Below, piece by piece: positions 52,951 through 64,000 of a stretch of 64,000 nt of DNA (the stretch's first letter is position 1; the number at the start of each line of letters is the position of its first letter). Origin of the DNA: Epiperipatus broadwayi (taxonomy: Eukaryota; Animalia; Onychophora); the NCBI GenBank assembly GCA_028023455.1, contig JAQFVV010000010.1, forward strand, positions 16,616,001-16,680,000. Direction: 5' to 3'. The position numbers were made by a program, and so were the translations under genes. Below the pieces are notes generated by a model. It saw only the letters and a program-made list of their open reading frames with translations. It was not told where the DNA came from and made no database searches.

Positions 52951-53061
52951 TTTTTTTTTTTTAAGTGTCATAGCATCGGCCGGGATGCTAACCCGCAACC
53001 CGGGCAACTGCCTGCAAATGCAAGGCAGTCGCGCTGACCTCTCGACCACCAATGCAAGACA
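52951..53061 (-). mobile_element. Short tRNA-derived SINE (young copy) with poly-A tail and 16-bp TSD
   Basis: Minus strand reads GCATTGGTGGTCGAGAGG...CCCGGGTTGCGGGTTAGCATCCCGGCCGATGCTATGACAC-(A)n. The GCATTGG/CCGATGC acceptor stem resembles tRNA-Gly. The TSD aaacctattgaatgtt is at 52935-52950 and 53062-53077. Confidence 0.85.
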
Positions 53062-53388
53062 AAACCTATTGAATGTTAATTGTGGTTTTTTAATGTGACG
53101 ATAATACTTGTGGTATTTTTATCAAACTAGAAGAGTCTCTGAAGACTTAAGCTGCAAAGAGTATTCAGAGTCTCATGGATAATGAAAGTATATACTGTAT
53201 ATTAATTAAAAATTAAATCCAATTACTACAAGTTATTAATGACTTGAAAAGATTTCAATATCATATATAATTAAATTTTAACATTATATATGCTTATTTG
53301 TTTGGTGTCATTTATGTCTACTGAAAAGCAAAATTCAATTATTTATGTGCACAAATTTAAAGATTTTAGGTTTCATCAGTGTTTTGTT

Positions 53389-54557
53389 GGTTGTTTTCTC
53401 TTAGCATGTTGAAATCGCTTGAGGGTGTAATTTTTATGTAAACAAACAGAAGCTATTGTTCTTTTTTTTTTTTTTTTCAACTTTAATGTGTTTTTTTTGA
53501 TTTACAATTAAATCATAAATAATGAAATTGATCTAAAAGAAATAAAAAATACATTGACTAAACCTTTTTTTTTTTATTATTATTTTTCTAAAATGAAATT
53601 TGTAATTTTAACAAGAAAAAAAAAAATCAAAACAATATCGTCGCGGCGATGCAAATCAAATTTTAACATGAAGAAAAAGAAATAATTTCTCCAAAACAAA
53701 AACATCGTGGCCACGCAAATAAAATTGTTAATTTTAACAAGAATAAAAAAAGAAATAATTTTTCTTTCAAAACAACATTGTGGCCACGCAAATATAATTT
53801 GTAATTTTAACAAGAATAAAAAGAATTTATTCAAAACAACATCGTGGGCAAAAATAATAAAACTGGTATTTTCGATTTATCTCGCGATTTATCTCACGCA
53901 AAATGTGAATTTTAGCGTGATTTCGTAAAAATCACACTTACACCTCCCCTTTGACAATTGATTAGTGTCACCCTTGTCTAGAGAAGCGGGGCAAAGTTTC
54001 CACAATTTTTATTACCTCATACTACATCATTGGATTTGGAAAATAATGACTTGGACATGCAAATTTGAAGACTTTTGACAGTCTCAATTACAGACACCTT
54101 CACAAAATATTGTAGCGAAATTTAAAATGGGATTGTTCGTAAAAACTGCATCACACAAAGTTGACCGTAAGCGGCAACGGCCGCTGCGGCAGATAATAAA
54201 CATCCGACTTCTGCTGTAAATACATCTACCGTTAAATGTTAAGAATAGGATTGTTAATATAAACTGCGGCAGAATAATACGTCCTATTTCTGTGCTGTAG
54301 CATACAAATAGATACGCTGAAACACAAAGTTTACCTTAAACGACAGCGTCCTTCTGCGGCAGAATAAATGTCCTATTTCAGTGCTGTAGCATAAATAATA
54401 GGCGCTGCAGACAAGTAAACAGACTATTTCTATGCTTAACCATTGGAATAGAACATTATATAGTGGCGTGGCCACTTAAACGGCATATTTCTGTGCATTT
54501 GTATAGAAATACAAATTTCACCCTCAAGCGGTTTCAACATGCTAAGAGAAAACAACC
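53389..54557. mobile_element. Non-autonomous TIR element, probably Merlin-like
   Basis: ~40-bp inverted termini GGTTGTTTTCTCTTAGCATGTTGAAA(T/C)CGCTTGAGGGTG. The 8-bp flanks gttttgtt/attttggt match at 6/8. Internal tandem subrepeats (aaaacaacatcgtggccacgcaaat..., ctgcggcagaataa). No transposase ORF. Confidence 0.6.
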
Positions 54558-56384
54558 ATTTTGGTTTCTTTATGGATTATATATTTATAGATGTACTAGT
54601 TTGACTCAGATCTCTTTAGCAAGATTCTTAACATTATAGACTCCTAATCCTAATAATCCATGAGATCGGGTTTCTACTAGGACTATTTGGTTGATATTAC
54701 TAATTTTAAGGATGATCACCCATGTAAATTTTCCTGTAGATGAACCTTTAATAAATACCAGGACAATTTTGTGGCAATGGATGACTCATCATTTCTGGAT
54801 AGGATATTGTCATGCGGTTCAAAAGTAGACAAGAAATGAGGAAATATTGCAGAGCTATGGTTCTGCAATATTTCCTCACTAGTGATTTATCAAAAGTTGA
54901 TATAAATTTAAATGTCCTTTTTTACATTTGGCATCTTGTTATGGTATCAATAAATCTGTTAAGATGAAGTCACTTAGACAGAGATTTCGTCATCTCAACA
55001 GCCTGTATTTATATTGATGCTTTTCTTTATTAACAGAGAATAAAAGTTTAGATCATAATTGAAAATTGAGCTATCCTTTTATGCTGCAAGCACATAGACA
55101 AGGGAGAAGAAAGAAGTAATATCTGATGGTCTGTTCTTCATTTATATTTTAAACATTCGAAAATTTATATAATTAAGATATCTCAACATATTTTTACTCG
55201 GATAGAACTAAACTCAATTCCTGAAAATATATCCATTTTTTACTCTCACTGTTTTATAATTCATCAATAGGTAGAGCATATTATAGAAATTCAGAATAAC
55301 ATATAATCTTACAATATAATATGAAAAAAAATTATTGATCTAAATTATTTAAAGAGAAAAACTAAACTTTGTAGTCTATTAATTTTATACATATGGCTTC
55401 TGAAAAAAAATGAAGTTTATTGACTCAAAGGCAAATGGATCATATTTTAAAATAGTTTATTGTTATTATTTGTTTTAAAATTCATTATATAATTCTCTAA
55501 GAATTTATTTTATCTATTTTCTGCACTAATTGCAATGATTTAATAAATGTTTATACATTAAACAGCAAAACAGGTTTTTTTCAAGTTACAGATATTTATT
55601 TTAGTTAGCTAAGCACTTTCAATACTAAAACATATAATCACATGATCACCATCTCTTATGCTAGCATGTAACTGTTATTAAACAGGCATCCATTAATTAC
55701 TCTGGTTGGAACAAGGTGGCACTACTGTATGGAGAGTTTTGCCTGTTTAAAACTTAGAATCATAGCACTATGCAACTAATGTTTGTTGAGCTCTTATTTT
55801 AAAGTTGTATATTATAGATCAAATTAGCATAAAATTGAATTTTAGAAATTAATTTACATTTTAGTGTCATTTTTTTGAAAGAGGGGTGGTAGTTTCTTTT
55901 TTATTTATGGCCTGCATATCTTGCTATAGCCATGCCTCCTTCACTTTTCTCTTTCTGTCATCTCTCTCAGAGCAAATGATATCAGCCCTAGAGAGATCAA
56001 AATTGTAGCCTGACTGTATAGCTCATGAACTAAAATTATAGATGGGTGTTCACTGCCTTCCTTAGCCCGATTGTATCGATAATTGTGCTGGGCCAATCTT
56101 GTGGATGGGTTAGCTCTTGTTTCTCCATGGTTTAATGAACATTAATTGTAAAATGCTATGATTATGATATGATTTAGTATTGAAAGTGCTTAGCTGTATA
56201 AAATACATATTTATAACTTGAAAAGAAAAAAAACTTCTGCTGCTAAATGTACACATGTTTACTAAATAATTCATTATATAGTAAATTAATTTCCTCTTTA
56301 CACAGTAATGCAATATATATATATTATATATATATATGTTGATTTAATAATAAATAAATGTCTTTAGAAGAATTTAAATTTTAC

Positions 56385-57040
56385 TTGTCAAATACATTCA
56401 AGTGTTAATAATGTCACACAGGAGGTTAATATATGACATACTTCAAGTAGTGTTATTCTCCATTCTTTTTCAGGTGTTGCTGGCCTGACTAGTGATAGCA
56501 CTAATATGGAAAATAAGCCTAGATCTTTAGATTCATAAACATTGAATTTAAGACAATGCTTTCTTGGGTAGACTACTCTGTCAAAAACAACAGCCAATAG
56601 AAATGTCACATATTTAGTTATGAGCATTCTTTTGATTTCTCCACTTTTTCCTAATGGAAAGGTTAATGAATGGTTTCTAAGCATTATGAATTACCTTACT
56701 AAATTGACATTGGATTATTTGTCATTGTCATGTGAACAGCTTCTTTGAATTTTATTCTGTTACTTTTTCCTCTTTGTCTAATATTTTTCTGTTCCTAATC
56801 AAACATATGTTCATTAGTATGTACTTGTTTTGCTACTTTTGATAAATGTTTTTTCATTTCTTATCAGTTTGCAGTCTTTTAATCATTTTTCAGTGGGGCA
56901 TCTGGTTTCTCCAATATATATTCTTCCACCATCACATCGTATTTCATATGCACTTACTGTAGATTTTATAGAGATTCGTCATAGGATACTGTAGATTTCT
57001 CAAACTAGATAAATCCATAATTATTCTCCCTGATGGCAAA
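56385..57040 (-). mobile_element. Penelope-like element 3' end (GIY-YIG plus family B repeat), interrupted by the Merlin element
   Basis: Minus-strand YEIRCDGGRIYIGETRCPL at ~56890-56950, followed by the tRNA-like segment and a decayed HHR at ~56435-56480. Confidence 0.8.
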
Positions 57041-57042
57041 GA

Positions 57043-57983
57043 GGTAATACAGCATCGATTGATCCACGCCATAAGATGGCGCTGTTTCTACGCTAAAGCA
57101 CAAATATGCTGTTTACAAGGTTGCTCATAGATCTTACGGCCTAGTAAACTGTTCAACTGCTAAGATGTTGAAGTGCACCCATTACCCCAACATCTCTAGT
57201 ATGTTGAGCATTATTAGCGACGAGTATGCAAGACTCTCTATAGACATTACTCTTAACTATTGTACAGCGTATGATGTGAAGGTTTCTGTATTTTGAATGT
57301 CGAAAACTATATTATAACTTTTTTTTTTTTTTGGCTTTGATGTATTTTTTTTTTATTTTCATTCGTAAAAATTGTAACGATTTTCCAAACGCCCCTGGTT
57401 TCATTGTCAGGGGTCAGAATTCATTTAATGAGGAGTGTTAGTCACAATTCGGCAAAGTTCACGATCAAGTCACGCACTTTCCGACACTTTTTCGAGATCA
57501 AAACATTTCAATGGCAGACTACAGAAGCAGATGCAGTGGCCTTTCTTCAACAGAGAAATATTCTCCTCACCCAGAAGAACTGCCTTTGTGGTAGTTTAAT
57601 GAAAGTAAAAAGCCAAAAAAAAGTAAAAAAAGTTACTTTAAAAAAAAGAAGACCGTAATCAAAAGCGAAAAAAAAAAAAAAAAGTTACTTTAAAAAAAAA
57701 AAAGACCGTAATCCAATTTTGTTAAACAACAAGTTTTACAAAAAAAATAAAGAATATAAAGATTTTACAAAACGTATTAAAAAAAATATTTAAAAATCAA
57801 TTTATTTATTTAAAAAAAAAGAAAATACGGTCCCAAAAAAAAAAAATCCAAACCAAAAAAAAAAACCCCACGATAACATTACAAAATAATAATAATCAAA
57901 TCAGCCCGGTAACGTTATAACTATTCGTTTTTCACTAGCAACAGCGCCATCTTATGGCGTGGATCAATCGATGCTGTATTACC
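57043..57983 (+). mobile_element. Merlin (IS1016/IS1595-like) DNA transposon, internally deleted
   Basis: Perfect 44-bp TIR GGTAATACAGCATCGATTGATCCACGCCATAAGATGGCGCTGTT at both ends. The 8-bp flanks ggcaaaga/ggaaaaca match at 6/8 (degenerate TSD). The internal ORF from ATG 57428 encodes ...TEADAVAFLQQRNILLTQKNCLCGSLMK, resembling the N-terminal Zn-ribbon start of Merlin transposases. Confidence 0.75.
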
Positions 57984-58329
57984 GGAAAACACAACGCTAT
58001 AGTTGTAATGGACATAACTGTTTATGATAAAAACAAGTGTTTTTCACAGCAGACATACAAAAAGTGGCAAAAAATCTGATACAGACTACAGAAACAATAT
58101 TACAAACATTATTCAGAAAACATCATAGATATTTTATTGATTCAGGGGGAAAAATCATATGTTAGCAAAATTCCTCATCTTCATGGTAATTATCAAGCTT
58201 TTTTCTCAAAATTCTTAGTCCTTTTTTTTTAGTCATTTGTCAGTACTTCTAAGCATTTTGTGGATTAATTAAAAACCTGAAAATTGAAAGAACTGATATA
58301 TTGAAAAGCACATCAAAGCTTTTTTACAA

Positions 58330-61000
58330 ATATACCTGTGATATGTGCCTGAAGGTTTGTGATGATGGTATATTGGATGTGGTAATATGTTGCACTATTT
58401 CCATCTATCAGTAAATGTTGAATGTATAGAAAATTTTGAACTTTATTTAAATTTTTCAAATATAAATAATTTGTTAACATAGGTTAGTAATGACACAAAG
58501 TTTCAAGTAATATTATTCTCCACTCTGCTTCAAGTTTGCTGGCCTGATATGCACAGTGACAGTATTCACATAGAATTTGAACTTGCATCTTTAGATTCTT
58601 TAATATCGAATTTAAGGCAAACATTTTAACCAACTGAGCTATTCTGTCAAAGGCAACAGATAGTAGAAATTTTATATATTTATATATGAGGATTGATTAA
58701 AATCTTCCTCAGTTCCTTCAAATTTTTTTTCTAAGAGCAAGGTTAATTAGAGGCTTCCATATATTGTGTATGGGCAACTTCCTTGAATTTTCTTTTTTGC
58801 ATCTTTTCCTCTCTAATATTTTTTGTGTTTTCCCAATTAAGCATATAGCCATTAGTACATTCATGATCTGCTACTGTAGACACATCTGTTTTTTTTCTTT
58901 TCATCATTAGTTTGTGTTCTTTCAATTGCTGTTCAACAAGTTGATAGGTTCCACCAATATACTTCCTTTCACATTCACATATTTCATAGATGCAGTTTTT
59001 GCTTCAGCATTTCTAATTTAGGCTTGGTAATAGTTAGAATTCTTCAAAGTGTGATATGGCTTTGGAAAGATGTTCTAATGTTATTTTAATGCAGATTTTC
59101 TTTAATTTGTCTGCTTTTTTTGGTATGGATGGATACTCTATAGTATCAATAATTATTTTTTTCTTTTGATATCTCTTTTTGTTCCAAAGTCATGCTACAC
59201 TTTGAGAATTCTAATTTCTACCAAGCCTAAACTGGAGATGCTAAAGAACAAAAACTGCATTTATGAAATACCTTGTGAATATGGAAGGAAATAATTGGTG
59301 AGACCTGATGCCCTGTTGAACAGCGATTGAAAGAACACGAACTAATGGTGAAAAGGAAAAAACAGATGTGTCTACAGTAGCAGACCATGTATGTACTAAT
59401 GATCATATGTCTAATTGGGAAAATACAAAAATATTAGAGAGGAAAAGGTGGGAAAGAGAAAATTCAAGGAACTGTTCATGTGACAAGGGTAAATAATAAT
59501 ATAAATCAACCCACTGCGGCAATATACATTGTATGCAAGCCTCCAATTAACCTTGCTCTTAGAAAAAAATAATATAAAAATTGAGACTCAGAAGGATTTG
59601 AATCGACCCTTATATATAAATACATGAAATTTTTATATCTGTTGCCTTTGGCAGAATAGCTCATTTGATTCGAGTGATTGCCTTAAATTCGATATTCGAG
59701 GATCTAAAGGTGCGAGTTTGACTCCTTTGCTAATATTGTCACTGGTCAGGCCAGCAACACCTGAAGTGTATTATTAATAAGTTGGTTGAATTAGAAAACT
59801 TTAAATAAAGTTTAAAATTTTCCATACATTCAACATTCACTGATATCTGATGAAAATAGTCTACCATATTATCACATACCCTGTGATGAAGTATTGTGTA
59901 TTTGTAAGGAAAAGATTAAGTGGCAATAATAATTTGCATGCAAGAACAACTCTTTCTAATGATAGGATATTTCAACTATTAACATACATGGAATTCTTCC
60001 ACCAAAATTGAGGAATGGCTGTAGGCTTCCTACTGTGACTCAGATTATCCCCTAAAGTCTGGTTTCACTATGTCAGTGATACATTTGTTGTATATTCACA
60101 TAGCAAAGCACTATTGTGAACATTCTAGACACCCATTAATAACATATCCCCTTTAATTAAATTCTCAATATAATTAGAATAAGAACAAAAATTATCATTC
60201 TTAGATGTCTTGTGACAAAGCTCTCATGGCAAAGTCAAATTCCATTTACAGGAAACTATACACACAGAAGAATACTTTAATATATATATTTATTTATGAC
60301 AGAAACACAAAAATCAGAATTATCATTATGGAAAAAGTAACAAACTTATGACATGATGTTTTTATCAGCTACTATTAAGAAAATCTTAAATAGATAACAA
60401 AAAAATCAAAACAATTGTAGGTATTGAACACATAGCGATAATGGTCAAACTAAAGAAAATCTGCAATAAGTATATTAGAACAGCTTTTCAAGGTCACAGT
60501 ATACTATAAGGAATACAAACTTCTAGAAAACCCAAAATAGAAATGTTGAAAAATGATAAGTGATTAAGAGCACAAATTGTTGATTAGAAAAGAAGAACCA
60601 ATGCACCCAAAGTAACAGACAATTTATGTACCAATGAATGTATGTTCAATTGGGAAAAGGCAAAAATCTTGGGCAGATAGAAAAAAGTACAAAGAAGAAA
60701 TTCAAAGAAGCTACTCATATGTCAGTAGTAAATAACCTAGTGTGATAATTCGTAATCTTTGGAAGTTACTCATTAGCTTTAACATTATGAGGAAAAGATT
60801 GAAAAATTAGGAGGATTCTCGTAAATAAATATATGAAATTTCTATTTACTTGCCTTTGTCAAAATAGCCCTGTTCGTTAGAGCATCAGTTTAGGATCCAA
60901 GTTCACTTCCCATGTTAATACTATTACTGGTTAAGTCAGCACCAGTTGAAGAAGAAAGGAGAAAAATAACACTCAAAACATTGTGTTATTTACTGTAACA
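58330..61000. mobile_element. Penelope-like composite insertion: inverted EN-repeat copy, then EN-repeat-RT-EN-repeat in direct orientation
   Basis: Minus 58700-59050 NCIYEICECERKYIGGT...LKEHK with repeat 58330-58690. Plus 59230-59560 NCIYEIPCEYGRK..GET...RLKEHE with repeat 59560-59880. Plus 60050-60220 WFHYVSDTFVVY...IKFS...KLSFLDVL (decayed RYVDD RT). EN tail ~60600-60760 and a final repeat ~60830-61000. Confidence 0.85.
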
Positions 61001-63341
61001 GGGGCCAGGTTTAAACCCTGTTCTAAGGTAAAAAGGAGTTTAAGTAGCCTTGCATATGTAGATATATTTTGACGTGAATATTTGATTGAATGAATTAACC
61101 AAAGCAGTCTGAAGGAGGGGGGATCTTGTGCTCGTTTTGTTTTGATGGAGTATGTGCGTGTATATATTCAAAAAAAGTTTAGCATATAAAATAATTTTCT
61201 AGAAAAATATTTAATGTATATACTTTTTATCATATCTAATTTTGTTTTAATAAGATAAAAATATGTAAAATGAAACAGCTTTTATTTTTGTCTATGGAAT
61301 GCTTTTAATGTAAATCCTGTTGAAAGTTATATATATTTTTTTTAAAAAAATGTTTTAATGAAACTTTGAATCTAATAGCAACATGCTAAAAGCTTTTCTT
61401 TTGTGAGAAAAAAATCTGAAGACAAAGGAAAATCGATCTAAAATCATAATGTCCTGGACTAATGAGATTGTGCAGGATAAGGTAGAACTTTCGGAAGCGT
61501 GATGGGAAATAATGCTTGAGGACAAAAGAATCTTCTAGAAAAATAAAAAGATATATATAGTGAGATCAGAATAAAAGTGTCTTCTGATTTTTATTTTTGC
61601 ATTGATTAGAAATTTTATGCTGTTATTGTGATTGCTATCATTTTTTTCTGACCTACAATACTGCAAGTAAGATATATAGATATTCCGGCTAACACGAGTT
61701 TGTTGGGTGAAACCGCAGATGTGCTGGTTTTGATTCCCACTGCTCCACGAAGGAAATAATCCCATAATTGTTCGTACTTCAGGAATCCTCATCCATATAC
61801 CTTCGCCACATCAAACATTTCGATTCATTATCATTTTATCAGAAGTTAAAAGCAAAGACACTCTTTATGGACAATCTTTATGGCCACCGCATTATTAAGT
61901 AAGTTTACTTTATTCATGAATGTAGACAATTTAATTTCCCCAGGGATCCAAAGTTTAACAATATATTTTATTTCAAATGTATACTTGTGCACATCATTAA
62001 TTTCATAGTACGGCCTGTAATTATTTCTATTAAATTCTATAGATAATTGTAAAATAAAATATTTAATATATGTAATCAATAACAATTTAATCTGTCAAAA
62101 TATATATTGATGCTTATATTTCCATTAAACGATTGAGCACTAACATTTTTTTTATTATTTTCATTATTTCATAGTTATTCATTTAAGTAAAATGTTTATA
62201 TGTTTTCTATATTAAACAATTTGACACATCTCTGTCAGTCTCAGGACTACCTACCCTAAATGAGCTAGTTAGCAGCCGAGCATTAAGTAATATATTATTA
62301 CTAGTCTCATTAAATTCACTTCAATATAATTTTTATGCACGCACAGGATTGGCGCACGGGGTTGGGAAAATGATGATGTCTGTAAATATATTGCTTGGGG
62401 AAAATATTAATTAGTGAGTACTAGGAAGTAAGGCTGAGTATTCCCATACTTATATAAATATGTCTGTTATTATGTCCCTTTTTATTGTTGAAGAGACAAA
62501 GTTTTAAAATAACTTGCCTTCAGGTTATGGCTGCTACAAATCCATCTCGGCTAATCGAATGTTTTGCTTATGTATTAATCAATATCATTCAATAATATGT
62601 TGTATAAGGATTTTTACTAAAGATAGTGTAAGTTCAACCCAGTAAAGATGGAGAGGGGTCGCAACCCGTTACAATACTAATGTGTGTATTATTACTAACA
62701 GTTGAATATATTTGAAAAGTTTAAAGGTTTTAATTTTTTTAAAGACATTTAGCAATTAATATTAGATGATGGAAATAGTGTAACATATAATTGCAGCTAA
62801 AATACGATTATCATAAACTTTCAAACATTATATACACACATATCAGATTTCACAAATTGACCGTCATCTTTTGCTTTCATTTAATAATACAATTCAGTTT
62901 TTTTTAAATGTTCTCAATATTCACTTTTCTCACCCACTCATTTCACTACTTCTACTTTTCTAATCATTCTTTCAAAATAGGTTTTTCATCTTTTTCCAAA
63001 CTTAGATTGTAAAATGCTACTCTGTTTCCCTTCCTTTTTCACGTTTCTTTATGATACAAAGCTACACTCCACACAAAAATACCAATTTCAGTGACATGTA
63101 GAATAAACTCTTATTAAAAGACTTTCTAAAATCATGTTTTCATTCTTTCCCACTATATTCATCCTCAATTTTCCAGATGCTCTGGTATTCAATTGCTGAA
63201 ATCTGATCTGTTATCATTTTTATATGTTTCACAATTTTAGTTTTACATGCATTTATTTTTATTTCAAACTTATTACATATTTTATCAAATCTTTATTTAA
63301 TTTATTATCTATCTATCCATATATATAAAAAATCATTTCAG

Positions 63342-63443
63342 GTTGCAGTTTATACGTAACAGGACTAATAATAAATCTTCACTCGGACCATATTCTAAGA
63401 ACATTACGAAAACCAGAAGAAACTGGCTATAAAATTCCTTATG
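63342..63443 (+). CDS. SRD5A1: SRD5A-like coding exon 3 (102 nt); remaining exons lie beyond the window
   Basis: Acceptor catttcag| at 63341 and donor G|GTAATT at 63444. Translates as (G)CSLYVTGLIINLHSDHILRTLRKPEETGYKIPY(G), the NxHSDxILRxLRKP NADPH-binding segment of SRD5A. Not in the ORF track. Confidence 0.92.
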
Positions 63444-64000
63444 GTAATTATATGTATATATGTTAATTCTTTTTTTTTTATACTTATGTATGTTTATTTA
63501 TACACATTTACATATATATCATCATTATTTTCAATTTTTTTCTTGAATCTTTCAGATACTTTTGGTCTTCTAATTCATGACTTTTCTTTACATCAATCAT
63601 CTCATACAGAATCTCTTTAAAATCTTCAATTGTCTACTTGCTATCATTACTTTTAGCAGTGTTTGTAACCCAGATATACTTCAGCCTAATTTTTTGAAAT
63701 ATTTTATCAAATTTTCTTGCTATCTTTCCTTGTTAATTCTATTCTCTCCTTACTTAGCTGAATGTTTGCACTCTTTATTTAGTTTCTTTATTAAGTTATG
63801 ATTTTCAAATCCAAAAATTAAACATTAATTCTCCATTTCATTTCAGGCACATAGACATATTTCTTTTTAATATTTAGTTTTGCCAAAAACATTTCATCCA
63901 AGTTGAATTCTATCATTAATTTCATCCATTTATGTTTCCATCATTATTTTTTCCTTTTTTGAAAATCCATTTCTATGGTTTTTTTAGTATTTGTTTTTAT

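Noticed and set aside
52951-53061. Functional tRNA gene
   Set aside because: The T-loop is non-canonical (GGTTAGCATCC), the central region is expanded, and it has a poly-A tail, TSD and diverged paralogues, so it is a SINE.
47231-63341. Idea that sense-strand hammerheads in SRD5A introns were selectively inactivated
   Set aside because: Sense copies (59757, 60946, ~62640) are damaged, but so are antisense copies (50829, ~56450, ~58500), so there is no strand asymmetry to support selection.
8000-64000. Most 60-100-aa ORFs in the supplied track
   Set aside because: Low-complexity F/L/I/K/Y-rich translations expected by chance in AT-rich DNA, or frames running through repeats (e.g. 11478, 12671, 24096, 27860 lie in non-coding families A and C; 52053-52370 is antisense to SRD5A exon 2).

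Overview
AT-rich, CpG-depleted animal genomic DNA (invertebrate-like, which is my inference). It has two recognisable host genes. One is a single-exon InaF-motif gene (INAFM2-like, minus strand, ~6.8-7.3 kb). The other is the first three coding exons of a steroid 5-alpha-reductase (SRD5A1/2-like, plus strand, 46.8-63.4 kb), which continues beyond the window. The rest is mostly mobile-element debris: a Buster-type hAT transposase pseudogene, two Merlin-like elements, a pogo/Tigger-like MITE, RTE and CR1/Jockey LINE fragments, a ~100-nt tRNA-derived SINE, possible solo LTRs and many Penelope-like element (PLE) remnants. The most striking signal is roughly 28 full or partial minimal type I hammerhead ribozyme (HHR) motifs, counted by eye. 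They fall into at least three repeat families plus several singletons. Families A (~470 bp) and C (~447 bp) are non-coding, occur as head-to-tail monomers with one HHR each, and look like retrozymes. Family B is a PLE terminal repeat that carries a tRNA-Lys-like Pol III cassette just upstream of its HHR. In every family helix III is reduced to a palindrome, and the palindrome differs between families. Most HHR-bearing copies sit in inverted pairs. All assignments were made by eye, with no database searches or folding software.
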